64,000 nt of DNA from Eledone cirrhosa (Eukaryota). Positions 30,901-44,109 of this stretch are shown here, one piece after another (positions within the stretch are counted from its first letter, which is position 1; each line of letters begins with the position of its first letter). The DNA lies in the NCBI GenBank assembly GCA_964016885.1, contig OZ024743.1:98828001-98892000 (forward strand), in the 5' to 3' direction. Below the pieces are notes generated by a model that was not told where the DNA came from, ran no database searches, and worked only from the letters and a program-made list of their open reading frames with translations. The position numbers were made by a program, and so were the translations under genes.

Positions 30901-33900
30901 TACATCAACTACCTACTGCTCTACAATCTCTCCTCTTTACAGCATACATCAACTACCTCCTGCTCTACAATCTCTCCTCTTTACAGCATACATCAACTAC
31001 CTCCTGCTCTACAATCTCTCCTCTTTACAGCATACATCAACTACCTTCTGCTCTACAATCTCTCCTCTTTACAGCATACATCAACTACCTTCTGCTCTAC
31101 AATCTCTGCTCTTTACAGCATACATCAACTACCTTCTGCTCTACAATCTCTCCTCTTTACAGCATACATCAACTACCTCCTGCTCTACAATCTCTCCTGT
31201 TTACAGCATACATCAACTACCTTCTGCTCTACAATCTCTCCTCTTTACAGCATACATCAACTACCTACTGCTCTACAATCTCTCCTCTTTACAGCATACA
31301 TCAACTACCTTCTGCTCTACAATCTCTCCTGTTTACAGCATACATCAACTTCCTTCTGCTCTACAATCTCTCCTGTTTACAGCATACATCAACTACCTAC
31401 TGCTCTACAATCTCTCCTGTTTACAGCATACATCAACTATCTTCTGCTCTACAATCTCCCCTCTTTACAGCATACATCAACTACCTACTGCTCTACAATC
31501 TCTCCTCTTTACAGCATACATCAACTACCTTCTGCTCTACAATCTCTCCTGTTTACAGCATACATCAACTACCTTCTGCTCTACAATCTCTCCTCTTTAC
31601 ACCATACATCAACTACCTACTGGTCTACAATCTCTCCTGTTTACAGCTTACATCAACTATCTTCTGCTCTACAATCTCTCCTCTTTACAGCATACATCAA
31701 CTACCTACTGCTCTACAATCTCTCCTGTTTACAGCATACATCAACTATCATCTGCTCTACAATCTCTCCTGTTTACAGCATACATCAACTACCTACTGCT
31801 CTACAATCTCTCCTGTTTACAGCATACATCAACTATCTTCTGCTCTACAATCTCGCCTGTTTACAGCATACATCAACTACCTTCTGCTCTACAATCTCTC
31901 CTCTTTACAGCATACATCAACTACCTTCTGCTCTACAATCTCTCCTGTTTACAGCTTACATCAACTACCTTCTGCTCTACAATCTCTCCTCTTTACAGCA
32001 TACATCAACTACCTACTGCTCTACAATCTCTCCTGTTTACAGCATACATCAACTATCTTCTGCTCTACAATCTCTCCTCTTTACAGCATACATCAACTAC
32101 CTACTGCTCTACAATCTCTCCTGTTTACAGCATACATCAACTATCTTCTGCTCTACAATCTCTCCTGTTTACAGCATACATCAACTACCTTCTGCTCTAC
32201 AATCTCTCCTCTTTACAGCATACATCATCTACCTTCTGCTGTACAATCTCTCCTTTTTACAGCATACATCAACTACCTTCTGCTCTACAATCTCTCCTCT
32301 TTACAGCATACATCAACTACCTACTGCTCTACAATCTCTCCTGTTTACAGCATACATCAACAATCTTCTGCTCTACAATCTCTCCTGTTTACAGCATACA
32401 TCAACTACCTACTGCTCTACAATCTCTCCTGTTTACAGCATACATCAACTATCTTCTGCTCTACAATCTCTCCTGTTTACAGCATACATCAACTACCTTC
32501 TGCTCTACAATCTCTCCTCTTTACAGCATACATCAACTACCTTCTGCTCTACAATCTCTCCTGTTTACAGCATACATCAACTACCTTCTGCTGTACAATC
32601 TCTCCTCTTTACAGCATACATCAACTACCTACTGCTCTACAATCTCTCCTGTTTACAGCATACATCAACTATCTTCTGCTCTACAATCTCTCCTCTTTAC
32701 AGCATACATCAACTATCTTCTGCTCTACAATCTCTCCTGTTTACAGCATACATCAACTACCTTCTGCTCTACAATCTCTCCTCTTTACAGCATACATCAA
32801 CTACCTTCTGCTCTAAAATCTCTTCTGTTTACAGCATACATCAACTACCTTCTGCTCTACAATCTCTCCTCTTTACAGCATACATCAACTATTTACTGCT
32901 CTACAATCTCTCCTCTTTACAGCATACATCAACTATCTTCTGCTCTACAATCTCTCCTCTTTACAACATACATCAACTACCTCCTGCTCTACAATCTCTC
33001 CTGTTTACAACATATATCAACTATCTTCTGCTCTACAATCGTTCCTGTTTACAGCATACATCAACTACCTTCGGCTCTACAATCTCTCCTGTTTACAGCA
33101 TACATCAACTACCTTCTGCTCTACAATCTCTCCTCTTTACAGCATACATCAACTACCTCCTGCTCTACAATCTCTCCTGTTTACAACATACATCAACTAC
33201 CTTCTGCTCTACAATCTCTCCTGTTTACAGCATACATCAACTACCTTCTGCTCTACAATCTCTCCTCTTTACAGCATACATCAACTACCTTCTGCTCTAC
33301 AACCTCTCCTGTTTACAGCATACATCAACTACCTTCTGCTCTACAATCTCTCCTCTTTACAGCATACATCAACTACCTCCTGCTCTACAATCTCTCCTGT
33401 TTACAACATACATCAACTACCTTCTGCTCTACAATCTCTCCTGTTTACAGCATACATCAACTACCTTCTGCTCTACAATCTCTCCTCTTTACAGCATACA
33501 TCAACTACCTACTGCTCTACAATATCTCCTCTTTACAGCATACATCAACTACCTTCTGCTCTACAATCTCTCCTCTTTACAGCATACATCAACTACCTTC
33601 TGCTCTACAATCTCTCCTCTTTACAGCATACATCAACTACCTACTGCTCTACAATCTCTCCTCTTTACAGCATACATCAACTACCTTCTGCTCTACAATC
33701 TCTCCTGTTTACAGCATACATCAACTACCTTCTGCTCTACAATCTCTCCTGTTTACAGCATACATCAACTACCTACTGCTCTACAATCTCCCCTCTTTAC
33801 AGCATACATCAACTACCTACTGCTCTACAATCTCTCCTCTTTACAGCATACATCAACTACCTTCTGCTCTACAATCTCTCCTGTTTACAGCATACATAAA

Positions 33901-36790
33901 CTACCTTCTGCTCTACAATCTCTCCTCTTTACAGCATACATCAACTACCTACAGGTCTACAATCTCTCCTGTTTACAGCTTACATCAACTATCTTCTGCT
34001 CTACAATCTCTCCTCTTTACAGCATACATCAACTACCTACTGCTCTACAATCTCTCCTGTTTACAGCATACATCAACTACCTGCTTCTCTACAATCTCTC
34101 CTGTTTACAGCATACATCAACTACCTGCTGCTCTACAATCTCTTCTGTTTACAGCATACATCAACTACCTTCTGCTCTACAATCTCTCCTGTTTACAGCA
34201 TACATCAACTATCTTCTGCTCTGCAATCTCTCCTGTTTACAGCATACATCAACTACCTGCTGCTCTACAATCTCTCCTGTTTACAGCATACATCAACTAT
34301 CTTCTGCTCTACAATCTCCCCTCTTTACAGCATACATCAACTACCTACTGCTCTACAATCTCTCCTCTTTACAGCATACATCAACTACCTTCTGCTCTAC
34401 AATCTCTCCTGTTTACAGCATACATCAACTACCTTCTGCTCTACAATCTCTCCTCTTTACAGCATACATCAACTACCTACTGGTCTACAATCTCTCCTGT
34501 TTACAGCTTACATCAACTATCTTCTGCTCTACAATCTCTCCTCTTTACAGCATACATCAACTACCTACTGCTCTACAATCTCTCCTGTTTACAGCATACA
34601 TCAACTACCTGCTTCTCTACAATCTCTCCTGTTTACAGCATACATCAACTACCTTCTGTTCTACAATCTCTCCTGTTTACAGCATACATCAACTACCTTC
34701 TGTTCTACAATCTCTTCTGTTTACAGCATACATCAACTACCTTCTGCACTACAATCTCTCCTGTTTACAGCATACATCAACTATCTTCTGCTCTGCAATC
34801 TCTCCTGTTTACAGCATACATCAACTACCTGCTGCTCTACAATCTCTCCTGTTTACAGCATACATCAACTACCTTCTGCTCTACAATCCCCCCTCTTTAC
34901 AGCATACATCAAATACCTTCTGCTCTACAATCTCTCCTCTTTACAGCATACATCAACTACCTTCTGCTCTACAATCTCTCCTCTTTACAGCATACATCAA
35001 CTATCTTCTGCTCTACAATCTCCTCTGTTTACAGCATACATCAACTACCTTCTGCTCTACAATCTCTCCTGTTCACAACATACATCAACTACCTTCTGCT
35101 CTACAACCTCTCCTGTTTACAGCATACATCAACTACCTTCTGTTCTACAATCTCTCCTCTTTACAGCATACATCAACTACCTGCTGCTCTACAATCCCCC
35201 CTCTTTACAGCATACATCAACTACCTTCTGCTCTACAATCTCTCCTGTTTACAGCATACATCAACTAACTTCTGCTCTACAATCTCTCCTGTTTACAGCA
35301 TACATCAACTACCTTCTGCTCTACGATCTCTCCTCTTTACAGCATACATCAACTACCTTCTGCTTTACAACCTCTCCTCTTTACAGCATACATCAACTAA
35401 CTTCTGCTCTACAATCTCTCCTCTTTACAGAATACATCAACTACCTACTGCTCTACAATCTCTCCTGTTTACAGCATACATCAACTATCTTCTGCTCTAC
35501 AATCTCTCCTCTTTACAGCATACATCAACTACCTACTGCTCTACAATCTCTCCTGTTTACAGCATACATCAACTACCTTCTGCTCTACAATCTCTCCTCT
35601 TTACAGCATACATCAACTACCTACTGCTCTACAATCTCTCCTCTTTACAGCATACATCAACTACCTCCTGCTCTACAATCTCTCCTCTTTACAGCATACA
35701 TCAACTACCTCCTGCTCTACAATCTCTCCTCTTTACAGCATACATCAACTACCTTCTGCTCTACAATCTCTCCTCTTTACAGCATACATCAACTACCTAC
35801 TGCTCTACAATCTCTCCTCTTTACAGCATACATCAACTACCTTCTGCTCTACAATCTCTCCTCTTTACAGCATACATCAACTACCTTCTGCTCTACAATC
35901 TTTCCTCTTTACAGCATACATCAACTACCTCCTGCTCTACAATCTCTCCTGTTTACAGCATACATCAACTACCTTCTGCTCTACAATCTCTCCTCTTTAC
36001 AGCATACATCAACTACCTACTGCTCTACAATCTCTCCTCTTTACAGCATACATCAACTACCTTCTGCTCTACAATCTCTCCTGTTTACAGCATACATCAA
36101 CTTCCTTCTGCTCTACAATCTCTCCTGTTTACAGCATACATCAACTACCTACTGCTCTACAATCTCTCCTGTTTACAGCATACATCAACTATCTTCTGCT
36201 CTACAATCTCCCCTCTTTACAGCATACATCAACTACCTACTGCTCTACAATCTCTCCTCTTTACAGCATACATCAACTACCTTCTGCTCTACAATCTCTC
36301 CTGTTTACAGCATACATCAACTACCTTCTGCTCTACAATCTCTCCTCTTTACACCATACATCAACTACCTACTGGTCTACAATCTCTCCTGTTTACAGCT
36401 TACATCAACTATCTTCTGCTCTACAATCTCTCCTCTTTACAGCATACATCAACTACCTACTGCTCTACAATCTCTCCTGTTTACAGCATACATCAACTAT
36501 CATCTGCTCTACAATCTCTCCTGTTTACAGCATACATCAACTACATACTGCTCTACAATCTCTCCTGTTTACAGCATACATCAACTATCTTCTGCTCTAC
36601 AATCTCTCCTGTTTACAGCATACATCAACTACCTTCTGCTCTACAATCTCTCCTCTTTACAGCATACATCAACTACCTTCTGCTCTACAATCTCTCCTGT
36701 TTACAGCTTACATCAACTACCTTCTGCTTTACAATCTCTCCTCTTTACAGCATACATCAACTACCTACTGCTCTACAATCTCTCCTGTTT
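23710..36790. repeat. Tandem duplication of 152/148 monomers (6,688/6,512 bp), junction near 30,400
   Basis: Offset 6,688: aatctctgct 24417/31105 and aatcgttcc 26353/33041. After a 4-monomer difference near 26.5-26.7 kb the offset is 6,512: aggtctac 27441/33953, caaatacc 28401/34913, gcttt 30214/36726. Confidence 0.9.
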
Positions 36791-39700
36791 ACAGCATACA
36801 TCAACAATCTTCTGCTCTACAATCTCTCCTGTTTACAGCATACATCAACTACCTACTGCTCTACAATCTCTCCTGTTTACAGCATACATCAACTATCTTC
36901 TGCTCTACAATCTCTCCTGTTTACAGCATACATCAACTACCTTCTGCTCTACAATCTCTCCTCTTTACAGCATACATCAACTACCTTCTGCTCTACAATC
37001 TCTCCTGTTTACAGCATACATCAACTACCTTCTGCTCTACAATCTCTCCTCTTTACAGCATACATCAACTACCTACTGCTCTACAATCTCTCCTGTTTAC
37101 AGCATACATCAACTATCTTCTGCTCTACAATCTCTCCTCTTTACAGCATACATCAACTATCTTCTGCTCTACAATCTCTCCTGTTTACAGCATACATCAA
37201 CTACCTTCTGCTCTACAATCTCTCCTCTTTACAGCATACATCAACTACCTTCTGCTCTAAAATCTCTTCTGTTTACAGCATACATCAACTACCTTCTGCT
37301 CTACAATCTCTCCTCTTTACAGCATACATCAACTACCTACTGCTCTACAATCTCTCCTGTTTACAGCATAAATCAACTATCTTCTGCTCTACAATCTCTC
37401 CTCTTTACAGCATACATCAACTACCTACTGCTCTACAATCTCTCCTGTTTACAGCATACATCAAATATCTTCTGCTCTACAATCTCTCCTGTTTACAGCA
37501 TACTTCAACTACCTACTGCTCTACAATCTCTCCTGTTTACAGCATACATCAACTATCTTCTGCTCTACAATCTCTCCTCTTTACAGCATACATCAACTAT
37601 CTTCTGCTCTACAATCTCTCCTGTTTACAGCATACATCAACTACCTTCTGCTCTACAATCTCTCCTCTTTACAGCATACATCAACTACTTACTGCTCTAC
37701 AATCTCTCCTCTTTACAGCATACATCAACTATCTTCTGCTCTACAATCTCTCCTCTTTACAACATACATCAACTACCTCCTGCTCTACAATCTCTCCTGT
37801 TTACAACATACATCAACTACCTTCTGCTCTACAATCTCTCCTGTTTACAGCATACATCAACTACCTTCTGCTCTACAATCTCTCCTCTTTACAGCATACA
37901 TCAACTACCTTCTGCTCTACAACCTCTCCTGTTTACAGCATACATCAACTACCTTCTGTTCTACAATCTCTCCTGTTTACAGCATACATCAACTACCTTC
38001 TGTTCTACAATCTCTCCTGTTTACAACATACATCAACTACCTTCTGTTCTACAATCTCTCCTCTTTACAGCATACATCAACTACCTCCTGCTCTACAATC
38101 TCTCCTCTTTACAGCATACATCAACTACCTTCTGCTCTACAATCTCTCCTCTTTACAGCATACATCAACTACCTACTGCTCTACAATCTCTCTTCTTTAC
38201 AGCATACATCAACTACCTCCTGCTCTACAATCTCTCCTCTTTACAGCATACATCAACTACCTACTGCTCTACAATCTCTCCTCTTTACAGCATACATCAA
38301 CTACCTACTGCTCTACAATCTCTCCTCTTTACAGCATACATCAACTACCTACTGCTCTACAATCTCTCCTCTTTACAGCATACATCAACTACCTTCTGCT
38401 CTACAATCTCTCCTCTTTACAGCATACATCAACTACCTCCTGCTCTACAATCTCTCCTGTTTACAGCATACATCAACTACCTTCTGCTCTACAATCTCTC
38501 CTGTTTACAGCATACATCAATTACCTACTGCTCTACAATCTCTCCTCTTTACAGCATACATCAACTATCTTCTGCTCTACAATCTCTCCTGTTTACAGCA
38601 TACATCAACTACCTTCTGCTCTACAATCTCTCCTGTTTACAGCATACATCAACTACCTACTGCTCTACAATCTCTCCTGTTTACAGCATACATCAACTAT
38701 CTTCTGCTCTACAATCTCCCCTCTTTACAGCATACATCAACTACCTACTGCTCTACAATCTCTCCTCTTTACAGCATACATCAACTACCTTCTGCTCTAC
38801 AATCTCTCCTGTTTACAGCATGCATCAACTACCTTCTGCTCTACAATCTCTCCTCTTTACACCATACATCAACTACCTACTGGTCTACAATCTCTCCTGT
38901 TTACAGCTTACATCAACTATCTTCTGCTCTACAATCTCTCCTCTTTACAGCATACATCAACTACCTACTGCTCTACAATCTCTCCTGTTTACAGCATACA
39001 TCAACTATCATCTGCTCTACAATCTCTCCTGTTTACAGCATACATCAACTACCTACTGCTCTACAATCTCTCCTGTTTACAGCATACATCAACTATCTTC
39101 TGCTCTACAATCTCTCCTGTTTACAGCATACATCAACTACCTTCTGCTCTACAATCTCTCCTCTTTACAGCATACATCAACTACCTTCTGCTCTACAATC
39201 TCTCCTGTTTACAGCATACATCAACTACCTTCTGCTCTACAATCTTTCCTCTTTACAGCATACATCAACTACCTACTGCTCTACAATCTCTCCTGTTTAC
39301 AGCATACATCAACTATCTTCTGCTCTACAATCTCTCCTCTTTACAGCATACATCAACTACCTACTGCTCTACAATCTCTCCTGTTTACAGCATACATCAA
39401 CTATCTTCTGCTCTACAATCTCTCCTGTTTACAGCATACATCAACTACCTTCTGCTCTACAATCTCTCCTCTTTACAGCATACATCAACTACCTACTGCT
39501 CTACAATCTCTCCTGTTTACAGCATACATCAACTACCTACTGCTCTACAATCTCTCCTGTTTACAGCATACATCAACTATCTTCTGCTCTACAATCTCCC
39601 CTCTTTACAGCATACATCAACTACCTACTGCTCTACAATCTCTCCTCTTTACAGCATACATCAACTACATTCTGCTCTACAATCTCTCCTGTTTACAGCA

Positions 39701-42700
39701 TACATCAACTACCTTCTGCTCTACAATCTCTCCTCTTTACAGCATACATCAACTACCTACTGGTCTACAATCTCTCCTGTTTACAGCTTACATCAACTAT
39801 CTTCTGCTCTACAATCTCTCCTCTTTACAGCATACATCAACTACCTACTGCTCTACAATCTCTCCTGTTTACAGCATACATCAACTACCTGCTTCTCTAC
39901 AATCTCTCCTGTTTACAGCATACATCAACTACCTGCTGCTCTACAATCTCTTCTGTTTACAGCATACATCAACTACCTTCTGCTCTACAATCTCTCCTGT
40001 TTACAGCATACATCAACTATCTTCTGCTCTGCAATCTCTCCTGTTTACAGCATACATCAACTACCTGCTGCTCTACAATCTCTCCTGTTTACAGCATACA
40101 TCAACTACCTTCTGCTCTACAATCCCCCCTCTTTACAGCATACATCAAATACCTTCTGCTCTACAATCTCTCCTCTTTACAGCATACATCAACTACCTTC
40201 TGCTCTACAATCTCTCCTCTTTACAGCATACATCAACTATCTTCTGCTCTACAATCTCCTCTGTTTACAGCATACATCAACTACCTTCTGCTCTACAATC
40301 TCTCCTGTTTACAACATACATCAACTACCTTCTGCTCTACAACCTCTCCTGTTTACAGCATACATCAACTACCTTCTGTTCTACAATCTCTCCTCTTTAC
40401 AGCATACATCAACTACCTGCTGCTCTACAATCCCCCCTCTTTACAGCATACATCAACTACCTACTGCTCTACAATCTCTCCTCTTTACAGCATACATCAA
40501 CTACCTTCTGCTCTACAATCTCTCCTGTTTACAGCATACATCAACTACCTTCTGCTCTACAATCTCTCCTCTTTACAGCATACATCAACTACCTACTGCT
40601 CTACAATCTCTCCTCTTTACAGCATACATCAACTACCTTCTGCTCTACAATCTCTCCTCTTTACAGCATACATCAACTACCTACTGCTCTACAATCTCTC
40701 CTCTTTACAGCATACATCAACTACCTCCTGCTCTACAATCTCTCCTCTTTACAGCATACATCAACTACCTCCTGCTCTACAATCTCTCCTCTTTACAGCA
40801 TACATCAACTACCTACTGCTCTACAATCTCTCCTCTTTACAGCATACATCAACTACCTCCTGCTCTACAATCTCTCCTCTTTACAGCATACATCAACTAC
40901 CTTCTGCTCTACAATCTCTCCTCTTTACAGCATACATCAACTACCTACTGCTCTACAATCTCTCCTCTTTACAGCATACATCAACTACCTCCTGCTCTAC
41001 AATCTCTCCTCTTTACAGCATACATCAACTACCTACTGCTCTACAATCTCTCCTCTTTACAGCATACATCAACTACCTACTGCTCTACAATCTCTCCTCT
41101 TTACAGCATACATCAACTACCTTCTGCTCTACAATCTCACCTCTTTGCAGCATACATCAACTACCTTCTGCTCTACAATCTCTCCTCTTTACAGCATACA
41201 TCAACTACCTCCTGCTCTACAATCTCTCCTGTTTACAGCATACATCAACTACCTTCTGCTCTACAATCTCTCCTCTTTACAGCATACATCAACTACCTAC
41301 TGCTCTACAATCTCTCCTCTTTACAGCATACATCAACTACCTTCTGCTCTACAATCTCTCCTGTTTACAGCATACATCAACTACCTTCTGCTCTACAATC
41401 TCTCCTGTTTACAGCATACATCAACTACCTACTGCTCTACAATCTCTCCTGTTTACAGCATACATCAACTATCTTCTGCTCTACAATCTCCCCTCTTTAC
41501 AGCATACATCAACTACCTACTGCTCTACAATCTCTCCTCTTTACAGCATACATCAACTACCTTCTGCTCTACAATCTCTCCTGTTTACAGCATACATCAA
41601 CTACCTTCTGCTCTACAATCTCTCCTCTTTACACCATACATCAACTACCTACTGGTCTACAATCTCTCCTGTTTACAGCTTACATCAACTATCTTCTGCT
41701 CTACAATCTCTCCTCTTTACAGCATACATCAACTACCTACTGCTCTACAATCTCTCCTGTTTACAGCATACATCAACTATCATCTGCTCTACAATCTCTC
41801 CTGTTTACAGCATACATCAACTACCTACTGCTCTACAATCTCTCCTGTTTACAGCATACATCAACTATCTTCTGCTCTACAATCTCTCCTGTTTACAGCA
41901 TACATCAACTACCTTCTGCTCTACAATCTCTCCTCTTTACAGCATACATCAACTACCTTCTGCTCTACAATCTCTCCTGTTTACAGCTTACATCAACTAC
42001 CTTCTGCTCTACAATCTCTCCTCTTTACAGCATACATCAACTACCTACTGCTCTACAATCTCTCCTGTTTACAGCATACATCAACTATCTTCTGCTCTAA
42101 AATCTCTCCTCTTTACAGCATACATCAACTACCTACTGCTCTACAATCTCTCCTGTTTACAGCATACATCAACTATCTTCTGCTCTACAATCTCTCCTGT
42201 TTACAGCATACATCAACTACCTTCTGCTCTACAATCTCTCCTCTTTACAGCATACATCAACTACCTTCTGCTCTACAATCTCTCCTGTTTACAGCATACA
42301 TCAACTACCTTCTGCTCTACAATCTCTCCTCTTTACAGCATACATCAACTACCTACTGCTCTACAATCTCTCCTGTTTACAGCATACATCAACTATCTTC
42401 TGCTCTACAATCTCTCCTGTTTACAGCATACATCAACTACCTACTGCTCTACAATCTCTCCTGTTTACAGCATACATCAACTACCTTCTGCTCTACAATC
42501 TCTCCTCTTTACAGCATACATCAACTACCTTCTGCTCTACAATCTCTCCTGTTTACAGCATACATCAACTACCTTCTGCTCTACAATCTCTCCTCTTTAC
42601 AGCATACATCAACTACCTACTGCTCTACAATCTCTCCTGTTTACAGCATACATCAACTATCTTCTGCTCTACAATCTCTCCTCTTTACAGCATACATCAA

Positions 42701-44109
42701 CTATCTTCTGCTCTACAATCTCTCCTGTTTACAGCATACATCAACTACCTTCTGCTCTACAATCTCTCCTCTTTACAGCATACATCAACTACCTTCTGCT
42801 CTAAAATCTTTTCTGTTTACAGCATACATCAACTACCTTCTGCTCTACAATCTCTCCTCTTTACAGCATACATCAACTACCTACTGCTCTACAATCTCTC
42901 CTGTTTACAGCATAAATCAACTATCTTCTGCTCTACAATCTCTCCTCTTTACAGCATACATCAACTACCTACTGCTCTACAATCTCTCCTGTTTACAGCA
43001 TACATCAACTATCTTCTGCTCTACAATCTCTCCTGTTTACAGCATACTTCAACTACCTACTGCTCTACAATCTCTCCTGTTTACAGCATACATCAACTAT
43101 CTTCTGCTCTACAATCTCTCCTGTTTACAGCATACATCAACTATCTTCTGCTCTACAATCTCTCCTGTTTACAGCATACATCAACTACCTTCTGCTCTAC
43201 AATCTCTCCTCTTTACAGCATACATCAACTACCTTCTGCTCTACAATCTCTCCTCTTTACAGCATACATCAACTACTTACTGCTCTACAATCTCTCCTCT
43301 TTACAGCATACATCAACTATCTTCTGCTCTACAATCTCTCCTCTTTACAACATACATCAACTACCTCCTGCTCTACAATCTCTCCTGTTTACAACATACA
43401 TCAACTATCTTCTGCTCTACAATCTTTCCTGTTTACAGCATACATCAACTACCTTCGGCTCTACAATCTCTCCTGTTTACAGCATACATCAACTACCTTC
43501 TGCTCTACAATCTCTCCTGTTTACAGCATACATCAACTACCTCCTGCTCTACAATCTCTCCTGTTTACAACATACATCAACTACCTTCTGCTCTACAATC
43601 TCTCCTGTTTACAGCATACATCAACTACCTTCTGCTCTACAATCTCTCCTCTTTACAGCATACATCAACTACCTTCTGCTCTACAACCTCTCCTGTTTAC
43701 AGCATACATCAACTACCTTCTGTCCTACAATCTCTCCTGTTTACAGCATACATCAACTACCTTCTGTTCTACAATCTCTCCTGTTTTCAACATACATCAA
43801 CTACCTTCTGTTCTACAATCTCTCCTCTTTACAGCATACATCAACTACCTCCTGCTCTACAATCTCTCCTCCTTACAGCATACATCAACTACCTACTGCT
43901 CTACAATCTCTCCTCTTTACAGCATACATCAACTACCTACTGCTCTACAATCTCTCCTCTTTACAGCATACATCAACTACCTACTGCTCTATAATCTCTC
44001 CTCTTTACAGCATACATCAACTACCTTCTGCTCTACAATCTCTCCTCTTTACAGCATACATCAACTATCTCCTGCTCTACAATCTCTCCTGTTTACAGCA
44101 TACATCAAC

